DNA of 64,000 bases from Saccostrea echinata (Eukaryota): positions 37,386,001-37,450,000 of the forward strand of contig NW_026889778.1 in the NCBI RefSeq assembly GCF_033153115.1. Reading direction: 5' to 3'. The notes beneath the pieces were generated by a model. That model did not search any database. It was not told where the DNA came from and saw only the letters and a program-made list of their open reading frames with translations. Positions within the stretch are counted from its first letter, which is position 1. Each line of letters begins with the position of its first letter. The position numbers and the translations under genes were made by a program. Positions 1-12,599 of the stretch are shown here, piece by piece.

Positions 1-48
1 AATTATACGAGGCCTCCCATGTTAATTTCAATAGTCCCCGCCCACTGA

Positions 49-159
49 CGTCAAACACAAAGACAGCCGCACGAGATTTACATGCGTATTAGGCCTCCTT
101 AGCGTCAGACACAAAGACAGACGCAGTAGATTTACATGCATATAATTAGGCCACCTTAG
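49..159. repeat. ~55-bp tandem duplication
   Basis: cgtca(a/g)acacaaagacag..agatttacatgc..ttaggcc.ccttag twice. Confidence 0.7.
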
Positions 160-363
160 CCCCTGACATATTGCTTGGCGAAATTTGCATTCCGGTAGAA
201 TGATCAAGAAATCAACTCAACTATCTTTCAAAGAGTTATCACAGAGAAAAAAATAGAAATGGAAATATTTAGATTTATCAAAGAGAAACAGTTTAAAAAA
301 TGAAAATTTTATAATATAATATCATATTAGAATATTATAATGTAATATATAATATAATTTCAG

Positions 364-433
364 TGGCGTTAATACCTCCTCCGCCTCCAATGCAGCCACA
401 AACAGTATATCCTCAACCCATGCAGTTCAAAGA
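364..433 (+). CDS. SSUH2: SSUH2 exon (Pro/Gln-rich: ALIPPPPPMQPQTVYPQPMQFK)
   Basis: ttttcag acceptor, gtgagc donor, phase fits the next exon. Confidence 0.75.
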
Positions 434-3400
434 GTGAGCAATTTTTTTAAGATTTAGAATTTATAAACAAAAGAAAATCATTACAAATGTATTTTTCAGA
501 TGGTTTTTAGACAAAATCATGAAGATATCCCTATCAAGTACACATATGAATGAAATCCAATTGAATGTATACATTGGTGAAAAGGGCATTTATTATGTAT
601 TTTAAGTATTCCCTCTTTCTTCAGCATTGATAACCTTGATCAGGCGGTTTGTAAGCAGGCTATGATCGATTATGCTGCTGAAAGCTGTTGTTTAGATTCA
701 AATGCTGCCAAAGAAATGACCATCACCAGAAATAATGGTTTAACTGCTTATCACGTATGTAGTTAAGGGTTTATTTACACACCTGTGTGTAAGTTTCATT
801 GGTAAAATGTATAAGAGCTGTCAAATAAAAAATAATCATGAAAAACAATAAAACAGTAAAATTAATACATAAGCAACTTATATCATAGTATTTGTTTATT
901 TATTTATTTGCTTATTTTAGTATATCTTTATTTATTTATTCATTTTTTTATTTTAGTATCTTTTTATTTAGTTATTCATTATTTTTTAATTTAGTATATT
1001 TTTATTTATTTATTCACTATTTATTATTTTAGTATATTTTTTTTATTTGTTCATTATTATTTATTTTAGTATATTTTTATTTATTCATTCTTTTTATTTT
1101 AGTATATTTTAGAAACTTTTACTGAATCACGAAAAACAGAATGCAAACGTAAGCCACATCACGGAGGAAGCGTTGATGGCTCTGAAAACGGCTCTGCGCC
1201 CTCGCCTTGGGATGTACTGTGTAATGCAGATAAAATCTTTCATAATCACACTAAGAAAATGAAAATTCCGCACACAGAGTATATTCGTGTGAGTTCTTTT
1301 TGAAGGAAACTATTTAAGAATTTATGTATCTGAAATATTACTTTTAATGTCCTCTAATCATAAATTAAAAAATAGAATATTTAAAGTCAACGATATTGTG
1401 TAAATTGTTTTTTTTTATATATACGTGGGTTTGAAAATAAAATAATCAACCGTATGTGTTTTAGAAACTTTTGTATAGCAATTATGACTATTTTTGGGGA
1501 AAAAAAAAAAAAAACGTCATCTTGAGTATTGATTTTAGCAATGATTTTGAAAGGAGAACTATCGTCTTTTTCTATAGCCATGTAACAATTGTATAGGACG
1601 TGGTTACATCCAGTGTCCGGAGTGTCATGGTAACGGACAAAAGGACTGCTCCTGTAGTAAATGGCAACGTAATCGGGAATCTGAAATGTTGTTGGGAAGT
1701 AATGTCAATCATGCTTGTCCATGGTGTAAAGATACAGGATTCTTGAAGTAAGGATGATCATTTCGAGATTCTATAGATATCATTTGAAAACCACACGTGT
1801 GTGTGAGGGTGTGTTTGTCTGTGATATGTGAGAGAGAGAGAGAGAGAGAGGAATGTATTTTTTTAAACATTCCTTTTTTTACAATCAGAGTAGATTATTA
1901 TTAGAGCTCCCCAGAGGAGTAAGATCCCAATTACGTATATTCAATGTATTTAATCTTTATATTTTTGATTCTAGGTGTAATAAGTGTTCCAGTAGTGGTA
2001 GGGCGATATGTACTGAATGTAATGGATGCAGAAACATGAAGACGTACACTGAACTTACTGTCAAATTGTAAGCGTATCAAATATTGTCTTAAGTATCGAA
2101 AAAAGTAATCTCAAAAGCGGATTTTTTTAAACCATAAGAATAATACTTTTATAACATATCGGCATTTTAAAATGACACTCTTATAATACAAATATCCGTC
2201 ATGTACTTAAATGAGTAAAATAATCTTGGCATATCCAAATATATTTGCATTGTGAGGAGATTGAAATTGTGTTATAAATATGGAATATTTTGACTAATTT
2301 CAAAGAATAATTGGATCTGCTGATTTATATACCAGTAGAAATGAATGAAAAAATGTAGATATTTGAGAGTAAAGAGTCTTCATGAAGACGAGCAGTTGAT
2401 TTCAAAGCTACATTATGGGAATTTAAAGAGTATCCTTAGAAACAGTAATTGCTTTATAGACATCAAAGAGTCTATAAAGTATAAAATAAAATAAAAATTT
2501 ATTATATTAAATTTGTTCAAGGAAATATTGTTCGATTGGGAATTAAATGTTTCCTTATCTGAAATAAAATTTACCAAAGGACAACGAGCATGAGCACCTG
2601 TTTTTTGATGACTGAAATAGAACATTGATTTTCTCCTAAACAGTCCTGACCGGTCGACAGGGGATGCTCACTTCTCCACGGCACCTGATCCACCTCTAAA
2701 TTTTGAGGTCCATGTTTGCTCTGCTCCAAATTTGTATCGTTTTATTGGACTTTCGAGATTGAATACTGTTCGTTATCTTCATATTTCTATACAACCAAAT
2801 CCCTCACAAAATTACTATAGTAAACTATACTTTTCTTTAGTTAACTAAAGCTTACTATAGTTAAATGTGGTAAATCAAAGTTTAAAGTTATCACTGAAGC
2901 AAAGCAAAGATTTGATGAAAGGTCATTGGCAATGGTCTTTAATATGCAAATTCATTAAAATCATTTTTCCCCCTTCATGATCTGTAATTGTGATATACAT
3001 GTATTACATTTTTGTTTTTTTTTTTTTAAATACCAATATGCTCATTGATTACAAAAAAAATACGTAAGAAGTTAATATAATTTTTAACCTCTATGTAGAC
3101 ACATTGAAAGACTTTTGCACATGTTGACAACAAATATAGATAAATGATGGTATATTTGCAGCATAAATCACGTGAGGGATTACATTTTTCAGCGATCTGA
3201 CATGCCAGATCAGTTGGTAAAAAATGTAAGCGGCAAAGTGGTGTTTGAGCAAGATTTAGACCAGGTAATAGCAAATATTTCAAAATTAAAAAAAAAACCT
3301 CATAAATATTGTTTTACATCAAATATCTGTCAAATCAATGATCCAGCCATTTCAAATCTGTTTTAAGAAGTAGAAATCATTAAATAAATAATTTTAATTG

Positions 3401-4091
3401 AAGGTATTCCCAATAACAACCCACCCGATAAAAGAAATCAACAACAATTCAAAACGAATCATCAACGAGCATAAACATGCTTTTCCATATGAGAGAATAA
3501 AAAGACAGGTATCCGTGATAATTAAACTTTTTCAGTTTATATCAGAAGATTAAGTTTGTTCAATTTTCATAGTAAATGGTGAGATTAAATAAAAACAGAC
3601 AGGTACAGCAGGGTTAAGAACGTTTGGGAGTATCATGCATGAGCCAGGGCTTTCTTAATTGATGTAAGAACCAGGAATATGAATGATAGATAAAACATGT
3701 AAATATGATGCATATTAAAACATAGAATAAATCAACAGGCGTGGTTCTGAAATATTTGAATAATTAAAAAAAATATATGTTATCAATATTACCAAAAAAA
3801 AAAAAAAAAAAACGGAATTACAATCAATATGATAAAGATGTATTAAATCAACATATCTTTCTATAATTATACTTAGTCACTTAATTGACCAGAGTTATAT
3901 TCAGAAGGTGACCAAACTTAATTAACCTACATAATATTTTACAGAGACAACGTTTGCTTGCTGTTCCGGTGACGGAGGTCCACTTTACTTGGAAAGATAC
4001 ACGTTCTCGATACTGGATCTATGGGATGGAGAGAAAAGTTTATGCTCCAGATTTTCCCCAAAAGTGCTGTTCTTGTTGTGCCATTCTGTAA
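364..4091 (+). CDS. SSUH2: SSUH2 homolog (ssu-2-like; DnaJ-type CxxCxGxG zinc fingers), 5'-partial; exons 364-433, 625-754, 1103-1288, 1578-1747, 1975-2067, 3162-3264, 3404-3508, 3945-4091
   Basis: All introns are GT-AG and phases are consistent. The spliced peptide includes AMIDYAAESCCLDSNAAKEM, YILETFTESRK, VDGSENGSAPSPWDV, KIPHTE, CxxCxGxG repeats and RQRLLAVPVTEVHFTWK...YWIYGMERKVYAPDFPQKCCSCCAIL*, matching recalled SSUH2 motifs. The first exon here starts in phase 1, so upstream exons lie outside the window. Confidence 0.9.
625..754 (+). CDS. SSUH2: SSUH2 exon (IDNLDQAVCKQAMIDYAAESCCLDSNAAKEMTITRNNGLTAYH)
   Basis: cttcag acceptor, gtatgt donor, conserved CC...AKEM motif. Confidence 0.9.
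880..1112 (+). repeat. ~33-38 bp AT-rich tandem repeat that includes the SSUH2 splice acceptor
   Basis: (t)ag|tat units with AG at 887, 919, 955, 993, 1031, 1068 and 1101. Confidence 0.8.
1103..1288 (+). CDS. SSUH2: SSUH2 exon (YILETFTESRK...PSPWDV...KIPHTEYIR)
   Basis: ttttag acceptor, gtgagt donor, 62 codons. Confidence 0.9.
1578..1747 (+). CDS. SSUH2: SSUH2 exon (zinc-finger repeats PCNNCIGRG, CPECHGNG, CPWCKDTG)
   Basis: ctatag acceptor, gtaagg donor. Confidence 0.9.
1797..1851. repeat. Compound (GT)n/(GA)n microsatellite
   Basis: Direct reading. Confidence 0.85.
1975..2067 (+). CDS. SSUH2: SSUH2 exon (CNKCSSSGRAICTECNGCRNMKTYTELTVK)
   Basis: ttctag acceptor, gtaagc donor; lies within ORF 1853..2071. 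Confidence 0.9.
2645..2788 (+). mobile_element. Penelope-like 3'-end fragment in an SSUH2 intron
   Basis: gaccggtcgacaggggatgctcacttctccacggcacctgatcc matches the 3' ends of the longer copies. Confidence 0.7.
3162..3264 (+). CDS. SSUH2: SSUH2 exon (INHVRDYIFQRSDMPDQLVKNVSGKVVFEQDLDQ)
   Basis: ttgcag acceptor, gtaata donor. Confidence 0.88.
3404..3508 (+). CDS. SSUH2: SSUH2 exon (VFPITTHPIKEINNNSKRIINEHKHAFPYERIKRQ)
   Basis: tgaag acceptor, gtatcc donor, 35 codons. Confidence 0.85.
3945..4091 (+). CDS. SSUH2: SSUH2 last coding exon, ending CCSCCAIL*
   Basis: ttacag acceptor; TAA at 4089-4091. Confidence 0.9.
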   Translation, partial: RQRLLAVPVTEVHFTWKDTRSRYWIYGMERKVYAPDFPQKCCSCCAIL

Positions 4092-4229
4092 AAGTATGCA
4101 AAATTGCCTTTCTCTGTCCGGGAAAGGTGCAAATCGGGCCCTGATAAGACAAAATATGGTGAAAAAATTGAGTAGCAAGTTTTCAATAATATATCTAAAA
4201 TGTGCATTGGAAATGCCAAAATGCTATTA

Positions 4230-4660
4230 TTATTATTCTGAGCACGACTTATTTGTAAATAGAGGTAGGTTACCGACAAACAAGTTAATATTAGCAGGGT
4301 TTTCAACTATCTTATTTAACGTCAGCCTTTCACAAACTTTCTGGTCGTTATAATGACTTTGTTTGCAAATACAACCTTTCTTTGGGTAGTATATTGACTT
4401 ACATGTATCATGCATGTACCATATTATTAGCCATTAATATTGATTTTATACCAATTCAGACTAAGGATTTGTCCGTATACCCGAACAGCAGAGAATTCTC
4501 GGGAATCTAAAAGGTAAACAGGGGGTGCTTACTCCTCCGAGGCACCTGTCTCACCTCTGTGGTTTCCAGGGGTTCGTGTTTTACCTGATTACGATTTGTT
4601 TTGTCTACAGGAATTATGCGATTGACCACACAGCTGTTCGTTATCTTCCTCCATTTCACT
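4230..4660 (+). mobile_element. Penelope-like 3' fragment downstream of the SSUH2 stop
   Basis: gtgcttactcctccgaggcacctg and upstream RT C-terminal sequence resemble the other copies. Confidence 0.65.
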
Positions 4661-5029
4661 GTCAATCTGACGTGTGTATTCCACTTTGTGTGTTTGTGTG
4701 TTATATGAAATATGTATAGATAATTTTGTCTAAAAATTTTCAGGGATGTTTTGTTATTCCTCCAAAACTTTTTTTCTTTATTTGTAAACTTTATTAAATT
4801 CCATACAGTTTATGATAACCATTAACAAAGAACAATTAGAAAACACAAATATTAAACAGATGATTACTGAAGTTATCATTTTAATGACATTAATTACGTT
4901 GTGGGAATATATTTTATTTTTAAAAATCAACTTCGAATTAAGACTATGCGTTGATGTTCATTTGAGAGTGCTTGACAACACAGCTGAATATTTTATTTGA
5001 AACTTCTACGGTTATCTTTCTTTCTTCAA

Positions 5030-5376
5030 TCCTGTTTCTCAGTTGGAAGAGCGCTCGTTCCATGATCGGAAGGTCGTATGTTTGAATCACGGCCGCAACT
5101 GACCTAAGTCGATAAAAAATAGGTAGCAACTGTTCCTTCGCCTTGCGCTCGGCACTTTGAAGTGAAAGCTGTGGATCCTTCGGATGAGACCTTAAAAACC
5201 GACGCCCTGTGTCACGGCAGGCGTTGGCACGATAAAGATCCCTCGATCACTGCTCAATGGCCCTGAGTGCCGAGTAAAGGTCTAAATTTGAAGCCCTTCA
5301 CCAGTATATGGTGACGTCTCTATATGAGTGAAAGATTCTCGAACGGGACGTAAAACATACAATAAATCAATCAATC
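5030..5376 (+). mobile_element. tRNA-derived SINE (MetaSINE-like central domain)
   Basis: Decayed A/B-box head, central cggatgagaccttaaaaaccgacgccctgtgtc..ggcacg, tail gggacgtaaaaca(aatc)n; second copy at 35895-36178. Confidence 0.75.
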
Positions 5377-5823
5377 CTATTTCTATGCATATTTAAAAAA
5401 AACATGTCCCTCGACATGTATTTATGTAGGATATGTTTTCTCTCTTATGTTCCTTTGTAACAAAATTCTATAAATTGGCATCCTCCTAAATTATAAATCG
5501 ATTAAGATAAATGCCGATATTACAGATTGACAGCAATATTTTACGCTAAAATAAAAATATTAATCATACATTTTAGACAGTTTGCCAATTTCTGTGTTTT
5601 GAGTGAAATAAATGTTAATTGGAATGTATATATAAGTAATGTATTTCAGTTCTAAAGATCATGGGGCTGTGATATTTTTCATTCAGAAAGCACTAATGCA
5701 ATACCTAAAACATATACAGCGTAAGAGTGAAGACTATAAGGTCATACGATCATGACCTTCGTAAGATCATGAACTTTCGAAAATCATCTTCAATATGCAT
5801 GTACGTCAAAAATAATAGTAGTT

Positions 5824-6685
5824 TTTATTATGCCCCCGTAATCGAAGATTTGGGGGCATATAGTTTTTGCCCTGTCCTTCCGTCTGTCTAGCTGTCTGTC
5901 TGTGTGTCTGCAAAAACTTTCACCTTGGCCATAACTTTTGATTGGTTGGAGCTATGGCTTTCATGTTTCACATGTGTATTCCTTGTGACAAGAACTTTCT
6001 TTGGGTACCATCATATTTGACCGTTTCACCTTGGCCTTGGACTTTGACCAAGTTTTATAAAATTTTACCCATCATTAACCTTGGCCATAACTTTTGAACA
6101 GTTGGCGCTAGGGCTTTCATACTTCACATATGTAATCTTTGTGACAAGACCTTCCTTTGGATACCAAGAACTTTGACCCTTTGATCTTGACCTTGGAGTT
6201 TGACATACTTTTGGAAAACTTTAACCTTGGCCATTACTTTTGAACAGTTGGTGCGAGCGCTTTCATATTTCACATATGTAATCCTTGTGACAAGACCTTA
6301 CCTTGGATACCAACAACTTTGACCTTTTGACCTTGACCTTGGAGTTTGATCTACTTTTGAAAAACAATATTTTTGGCCATAACGTTAATGGTTGATGCTA
6401 GGGCTTTCATATTTCACATGTATATTTCTAGTGAGAAGGCCTTTCCTTGGACACCATTAATTTTGACCATTTTACTATGACCTTGATGTTTGACTCACTG
6501 AACATTTTTAAACTTTTCCATATCTTTTCAATGTTTGCTTCTAGGGCTTTCATATTTCACAGGTATATTCTTTGAGATAAGACCTTACTTTGGGTACCAA
6601 TATATTTGATTTGCATTTTAGAAAGTTTAACTTTCGCTTTAAGTTGCCATACGGAGGCATCACTGTTTCACAAACACATCTTGTT
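5824..6685 (+). mobile_element. Helentron-associated non-autonomous element (HINE/pearl-like) with ~5 internal ~146-156 bp satellite monomers
   Basis: 5' inverted repeat tatgccccc..gggggcata, (gtct)n microsatellite, tandem ccttggccataacttttga monomers, 3' end acacatcttgtt, T-rich insertion site. Confidence 0.8.
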
Positions 6686-9600
6686 TATTTTTTAATTTAT
6701 AATTGAGAAATAAGTATGTATATTTATTTACACTGCATCTATTTATTTTTGTCATGCTTAGACCAAAGTGTATTATATATATCCATTTTATATTTTTCAA
6801 ATTGCTCGAAAATTCTATAAAAGTAGGCTCATTTCTAAAATGTATCTGTAATATTTAAATATTTTTAAATAAATCTAATTTTCTTAAGTACATATTGAAA
6901 CATTGTTGTTAATAATCTCCTTTTTTATTATAAATTTATGAATTATTATGTAGCATGCTTGTTTAGGAGTAAATTAATGTTAAAGCTGTGGTTGTATTAT
7001 ATGGTGTTAGGATGAGGAATAAGTTTAAAATAGTGGATGTGGTCCTTAGAGTTGTATTAGAAGGTGCCCTGATTGATATTTTAATGCATTTATTTTAATC
7101 TTAAAAATAGACAAGACCATTGGTTAAGTCCTTCCTGGATTCTCCAGGGAATATCTTCAAATAATACAATTTTACGCGTTTATATGTTTTTCCTTCAAGT
7201 GTGAATATATATATATGAAAACAGAATTGTTTTAATTTTTACCTATTTTCGTACTATTCAATATGTGAGTAAATCTTCAAGCTATTTAAAAAAAGATAAT
7301 GTTTTCCAACCAAAAATAAATTGATAAAAAGTTAATTGAAGACGTCTTCGAAATTTCTGGCTTAGAGACATGTTTTGACTGCATGGAAGAAAATTCTGGT
7401 TTTTAGATGTCAATCGTGAGGCAAATGTGTCGAAAGTTTTGGCATTCTATTTCATCAGAAAAGACGTTAAATGTAAAAGAAATCCTGAAATAACATACAA
7501 GTGGTAAAAATTTCGTACACAGAGGTAAAAGTGATTTACAAACTTATGTCATTAAATAACGATAAGATTATAATGCATGTAGTAAACTTTTTTCTCTCCA
7601 AGTCATTACGACATTGACGCGTTATATCTTAATTACTACAGCCAGACAGATATACACTAGCTTGATAATCGTAAAATGCTGGATTTTGTAGCATTAATGA
7701 CAGCATAGTACACTTCGTTAATATTAACAAGATCACTCTTCAAGATAAACTGTATCTTATTGGATGCTATTTATTTTTATGATCTGAATGACAGCTGTTC
7801 AACCAGACTCGTAAATCATCCTAGAGAAAAAAAATAGAGGAGAATTTACAAGAAAAAAAGCTAACTCTCGCAAGAATATTGGTGAGTGCATTTTGTTAAC
7901 CAAAATTGTTTTCTGTTGTCAAATAAAACCATATGATACTGATAAACTTTGTTTTAACTTTGTCTGAGCAACGTTTATGTAAATTATCTACATTGCTTGT
8001 GTTAGATCTGTCTGATAAAGCGTCTACCTGTCTTTTCTTGAGACAAATCCCATCCAACTGAAAACGTTCACTGGGTGAAGCTCAACATTTCGCAATCTAC
8101 CACTTGTCTAGATAAATTAATACACAATGACTGGTTTTTTGTGATCGGGTTTGGATGAGCACCTTATGCCAGCTATTTAATCTACGGTTGAATGATATCT
8201 ACAGATAAACAATAAAACCGCACTTATAGAGCACATACGGAAAAGAAAGGTATTAAAATTCATCGGATCCCTGCTATTTTACGAAACTTTTAAAGCTGAG
8301 GCGGGAACACGTGCTGCAAGTTATCACGGAGAACGCCCTGAGATGCAAACACTAAGCATGGGGATGTCAAGACAGATTAAGGTGATTGGGGAATTGTTAC
8401 AAATCAAATCAAAGTTTTAAAACACTAGGCAACGTCGTTTATTTAAAAAGCTATAAAGGCAAATTAACGTATGAGTAAGAAACTGCCTGGATCTAATCGA
8501 ACACGCGCGTCACAGCAGGTTATTGCCCCTAATGAGCGATATCATTGCGGTTTGATTTTCGTTCTTTGATCAGAAAACAACTATAGAGTATAAAGAGATT
8601 GTGGCGATAGCAAGAAATGGTTAAGAGTCCAAATATCTGTCGTCTGGCAATACATCATCTCTTTATTATCTAGTTACGCTCACAGTTAACTCACAGTAGT
8701 AATTGCCAAATTCTGGTTTGGTGAAAACTGCGGCTAGCCTGATTCACAGATAAAAATTACATCTAATAACTGTTTGATTTAGGAGAACAAGATCTTCGGT
8801 AATAACTGCGTCTTTTATTTGATTTAAAAGGTTGTTTCGTAAATGAGTTCTTGTGGAGGCTATATGAACCGTAAATAAAACGAGTGTTTTGCCTAGAACG
8901 TTTCCTTGCTGTTCATAAAAGAATTCTTTTCTTTTATATATCTTGATATAGCCATGTATTTTTGTGTTTATTTATATCATCCTTTTTGACTGTCATTTTC
9001 AACAAAATAGTATATTGAAAATTATTTTTAAAAACATAATCATGGAAATCAGTTTGAGAGAAAATCAACTGTTTTTCTATGGGTTTTTTCATCAAACTAT
9101 GAAAATCTTTATATAAAATCAGGTTTCAAACTGACGTAAAATGTGATACAGCATAATTTTGGTACCATCCTCTGGTCTTTTTAGAGCCACTTGACATGGT
9201 TTTGAACTTACTGCACGTAAAGAACTGACTCTTGTACAAAGAAGAAGGTCACAGATCCGTTTTAATCTCAAAAGCTTGTTAAAAATTTAAGAGAGGAAAG
9301 GTCACTTATGGCTGTCTATTTTTACATCATTTACAACGTAACCTAGTGTAGAAAGCTAGTGTGGACAAAAGATGTGACGTATTAATTAATAATCTAATTT
9401 TATATAACATTTCCTATTCAATCTTAAGATATATTTTTATACTTCTTGATTAAATACATTTCCTCATTTAAATGCAAATACTGTAAAAGACCGTGTAAGT
9501 AAATTTGGATAAATTCCGAATAATTCGGTAAATCATACAGTAATCCCCAAATACACTTACATGTATTGTATAGATAATGGCAAATATTATTTTGAAATAA

Positions 9601-10199
9601 TTCATTAAATTGAATAATGTTCAGAGTCAGTACAAGCTAGAAAGAAATAATACACAGGCAACTTGTTAGAAAAACAAAAAACTTTTTTTTTAATTCAACA
9701 TAAAAAACGCATGATTTTGACAGTCTATTAAGGTACTTATTTGGAAGAGGGGTTTTTAGCCCCTAGATGAAAAACTCGAAAAAAAAAAGTTATTATTTGT
9801 GATGCAAAAGGTTTGAACAGTGTACTTTTCTGAAAATTATTGTAACGTTGAAAATCTAGTCTTATATTATTGATGTTGTCAGCCAAAGTGCTCTCATTAT
9901 CGCATCTGATAAAATCTAGTTAATAAACATACTATTTACCAATTATGATGGAATATTTCTGACCCCTTTATGCAACTTTTTTCCTACTGATTACTTGACT
10001 TGCAAGATATTTATATTAAGTGCGTACATGTTTAATTCCGGTCAACATGTAATTTACTCATGGCACGAAAGTATTAACCCTGTAATAAAATGTCTTTTAA
10101 AGTAGTCATATTACTTGCTAATGCAATTTTATTTCTTCGACAGTCACTAAATTTGCATATGGAGTACTGCGTATACACTGCACCTGATAAATACATGGG

Positions 10200-10350
10200 G
10201 CCCACGGCGAATGTGACCGGTCAATAGGGGATGCCTATTCCTAGAAACCTGATCCCTCTTCTGGTGTTTCCAGAGGTCCGTATTTTTGCCCTGTTCACGA
10301 TTCGCTTTTTCTTTATGAAATTGATCACTATTCGTCATCTTCACATTCTA
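10200..10350 (+). mobile_element. Penelope-like 3'-end fragment
   Basis: cacggcgaatgtgaccggtcaataggggatgcc..cctgatccctcttctgg. Confidence 0.7.
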
Positions 10351-10584
10351 CAATTAAGCAATTTATTCACTCTGATTGCAATTTACTTAGGTTTTTTAAT
10401 TATATTTCAGGATTCCAATCATTTATACTCATTTCAAAATGATTTTGTTCAAATATATGATAGTTCATAATGTATTTCACTGAAACAAAAGCTCGGTTAC
10501 AAGTCGACGGAATTGTTTTGGATACCAATAAATGAATTACATGTCACAATAATAATGTTGCAAAATTAATCATACGTATATAGT

Positions 10585-11215
10585 CATGAAAAAAGGTGAA
10601 GTTCACAAACAGTAGTCAACTCTAATACATTCTATGAAGAATACAAGATGAAAACAGGGGTGGGATCAGGTGCCTAGGAGGAGTAAGCATCCCTTGTATC
10701 CCAGTTTCAAGCACAGTGTGCTCTGTCAATTATTAGGCAAAGGAGTAATCCGGAGTCAACCTTATTTGAATGCAATGATCTAACAAATACTAAGTACTAT
10801 GAAATATGTCAAGCAAAATTAAAGAAAGGATAATATTTGCAAAAAATGGCCATTATTACGACCATATAGAATTTGCCAAATGCTGAACTTAACGAGATTG
10901 TTGACATGTATAACATCATCTATGGTACAGTAGTCTGATTCGGTTTAAAAATTGACAGTACCTAGAACATCCTCTTGCACACCCAGTTAGTTGGGGGACA
11001 AGGATACCAAATACAGGTGATAATGGTATTGCTAAACAAATATGGATAGTTGACGATTAAAAGTCTGACTGATTTTGTTGCATGAAAAAATTTATTTTTA
11101 AGACAATCAATAAGATTGTCACTTTTAAATTTGTTTACAAAAAACGAGAACAGATTTTCTATACTCTAACATGAAATATATTTGAAGGTAGTGATTTTCA
11201 GCACCACAAGCAAAG
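10585..11215 (-). mobile_element. Penelope-like 3' fragment
   Basis: gggatcaggtgcctaggaggagtaagcatccc plus decayed RT C-terminal sequence. Confidence 0.7.
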
Positions 11216-12287
11216 GACAAATAAAGACTTTCTGTACATTTATAATGCCTTTGAAATTCCTTAGTAATTAATATAAAGTTTATTTTTTCCTTCAAAACAC
11301 AGGAGCAGACACATTATACGATAGACCTCTTTACATCTGTATTTTTAGAGATAATAGGATTTAGTACATAGTGCCTGACACTGTGCTTCTTTCTACAATG
11401 TGATTTTTTATCAAGAATTTTTCTTAACCGTAGTTAAATTAATTTTCAATAAATCATTACTTGTTTTTTTTTATAATAAGATATACATGTATAGTTGAAT
11501 CGTTATTGCAGGTTTTCGAGTTACATACTTTTGCATAGCATTATGCTCTTTAAAAAGAGAGATATATATTCCTTTTACAAAATAAGTAAGTTTAAAAAGC
11601 TACATGTTTACATCAGAATATCTTGCAGGGAATACACTGTAGTTCAAGTTATTTCTTATTTTACCTTTATTAAAGTGATGAAAAACAAGTTTAAAAGTAA
11701 GTATTTCAGATAATTCCAAAAGAATCATCAAATTTTTTTTTTATTCATAAAGAAATTTTTTACATATATCTCTGCTAAAATTTCTACCATTCTTAGAAGA
11801 ATGTACAGCTAAGTGAAGGTTAACTCTTTAGCTGGTCTCTATGATTCATTCCATTAAAGACAAATTGCAGACATATTGCAATTCTATGTATTATTTTACT
11901 CCATGACTTTACCTGCATCCCCATAGCTAGTGGTTATATCTAAATGTAACGAGCTGACCAAAAGTTAAGAAAGCAACAAAAAAATTATAAACTTGTATCA
12001 TAAACTGTTTTTATTAATCATGCTGAACTGGAAATACACACATATGAATACTAAGATTATGTGCTACTCTCTGCATTCTCTGATCTTACTTTCAATAACT
12101 ATAATTCTGATAATATGATCCAATTCGCATTTTAATTCAAATTTTAATGCTAATTAAGCAAAGTAAAAAATAATTTACATGTATTTATTCCTCTTTGAAA
12201 TAAAGGTGAATTTACACTTGTACCAGCTAACATAATGTATTTTTAAATATCGTTAAAATATCTTCAATTTTTTTTTATTTATGGTTC

Positions 12288-12362
12288 AATTGAGGAGGTC
12301 TTAAACGTCATGATTGTTGACAGAAATTGAGGAGGTCTTAAACTTCACTGATCATTGACAGA
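12288..12362. repeat. ~37-bp tandem duplication
   Basis: aattgaggaggtcttaaac...ttgacaga twice. Confidence 0.7.
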
Positions 12363-12599
12363 ATATTTTTATTTGAACTGTTGTATCATTTATGAGTGCA
12401 AGATTTAGGGTTCCCACAAAAATAATAATTATGATAACAAAGGGGGAAACAAAAAACAAGCACCTGTTCTAATAAAATTATTTACTCCATAAATACTTTA
12501 GACCTGTGTCTCTAGGTGCAGCATCCCTGATTATCTTACTTATTCAAACAAGGTTTTCATGACTTTCTAATCTGGATACCACTGAGTTTTTATTGAACC

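Noticed and set aside
5030-5105. tRNA gene (also 35895-35980)
   Set aside because: No intact cloverleaf; both continue into a shared SINE body and tail.
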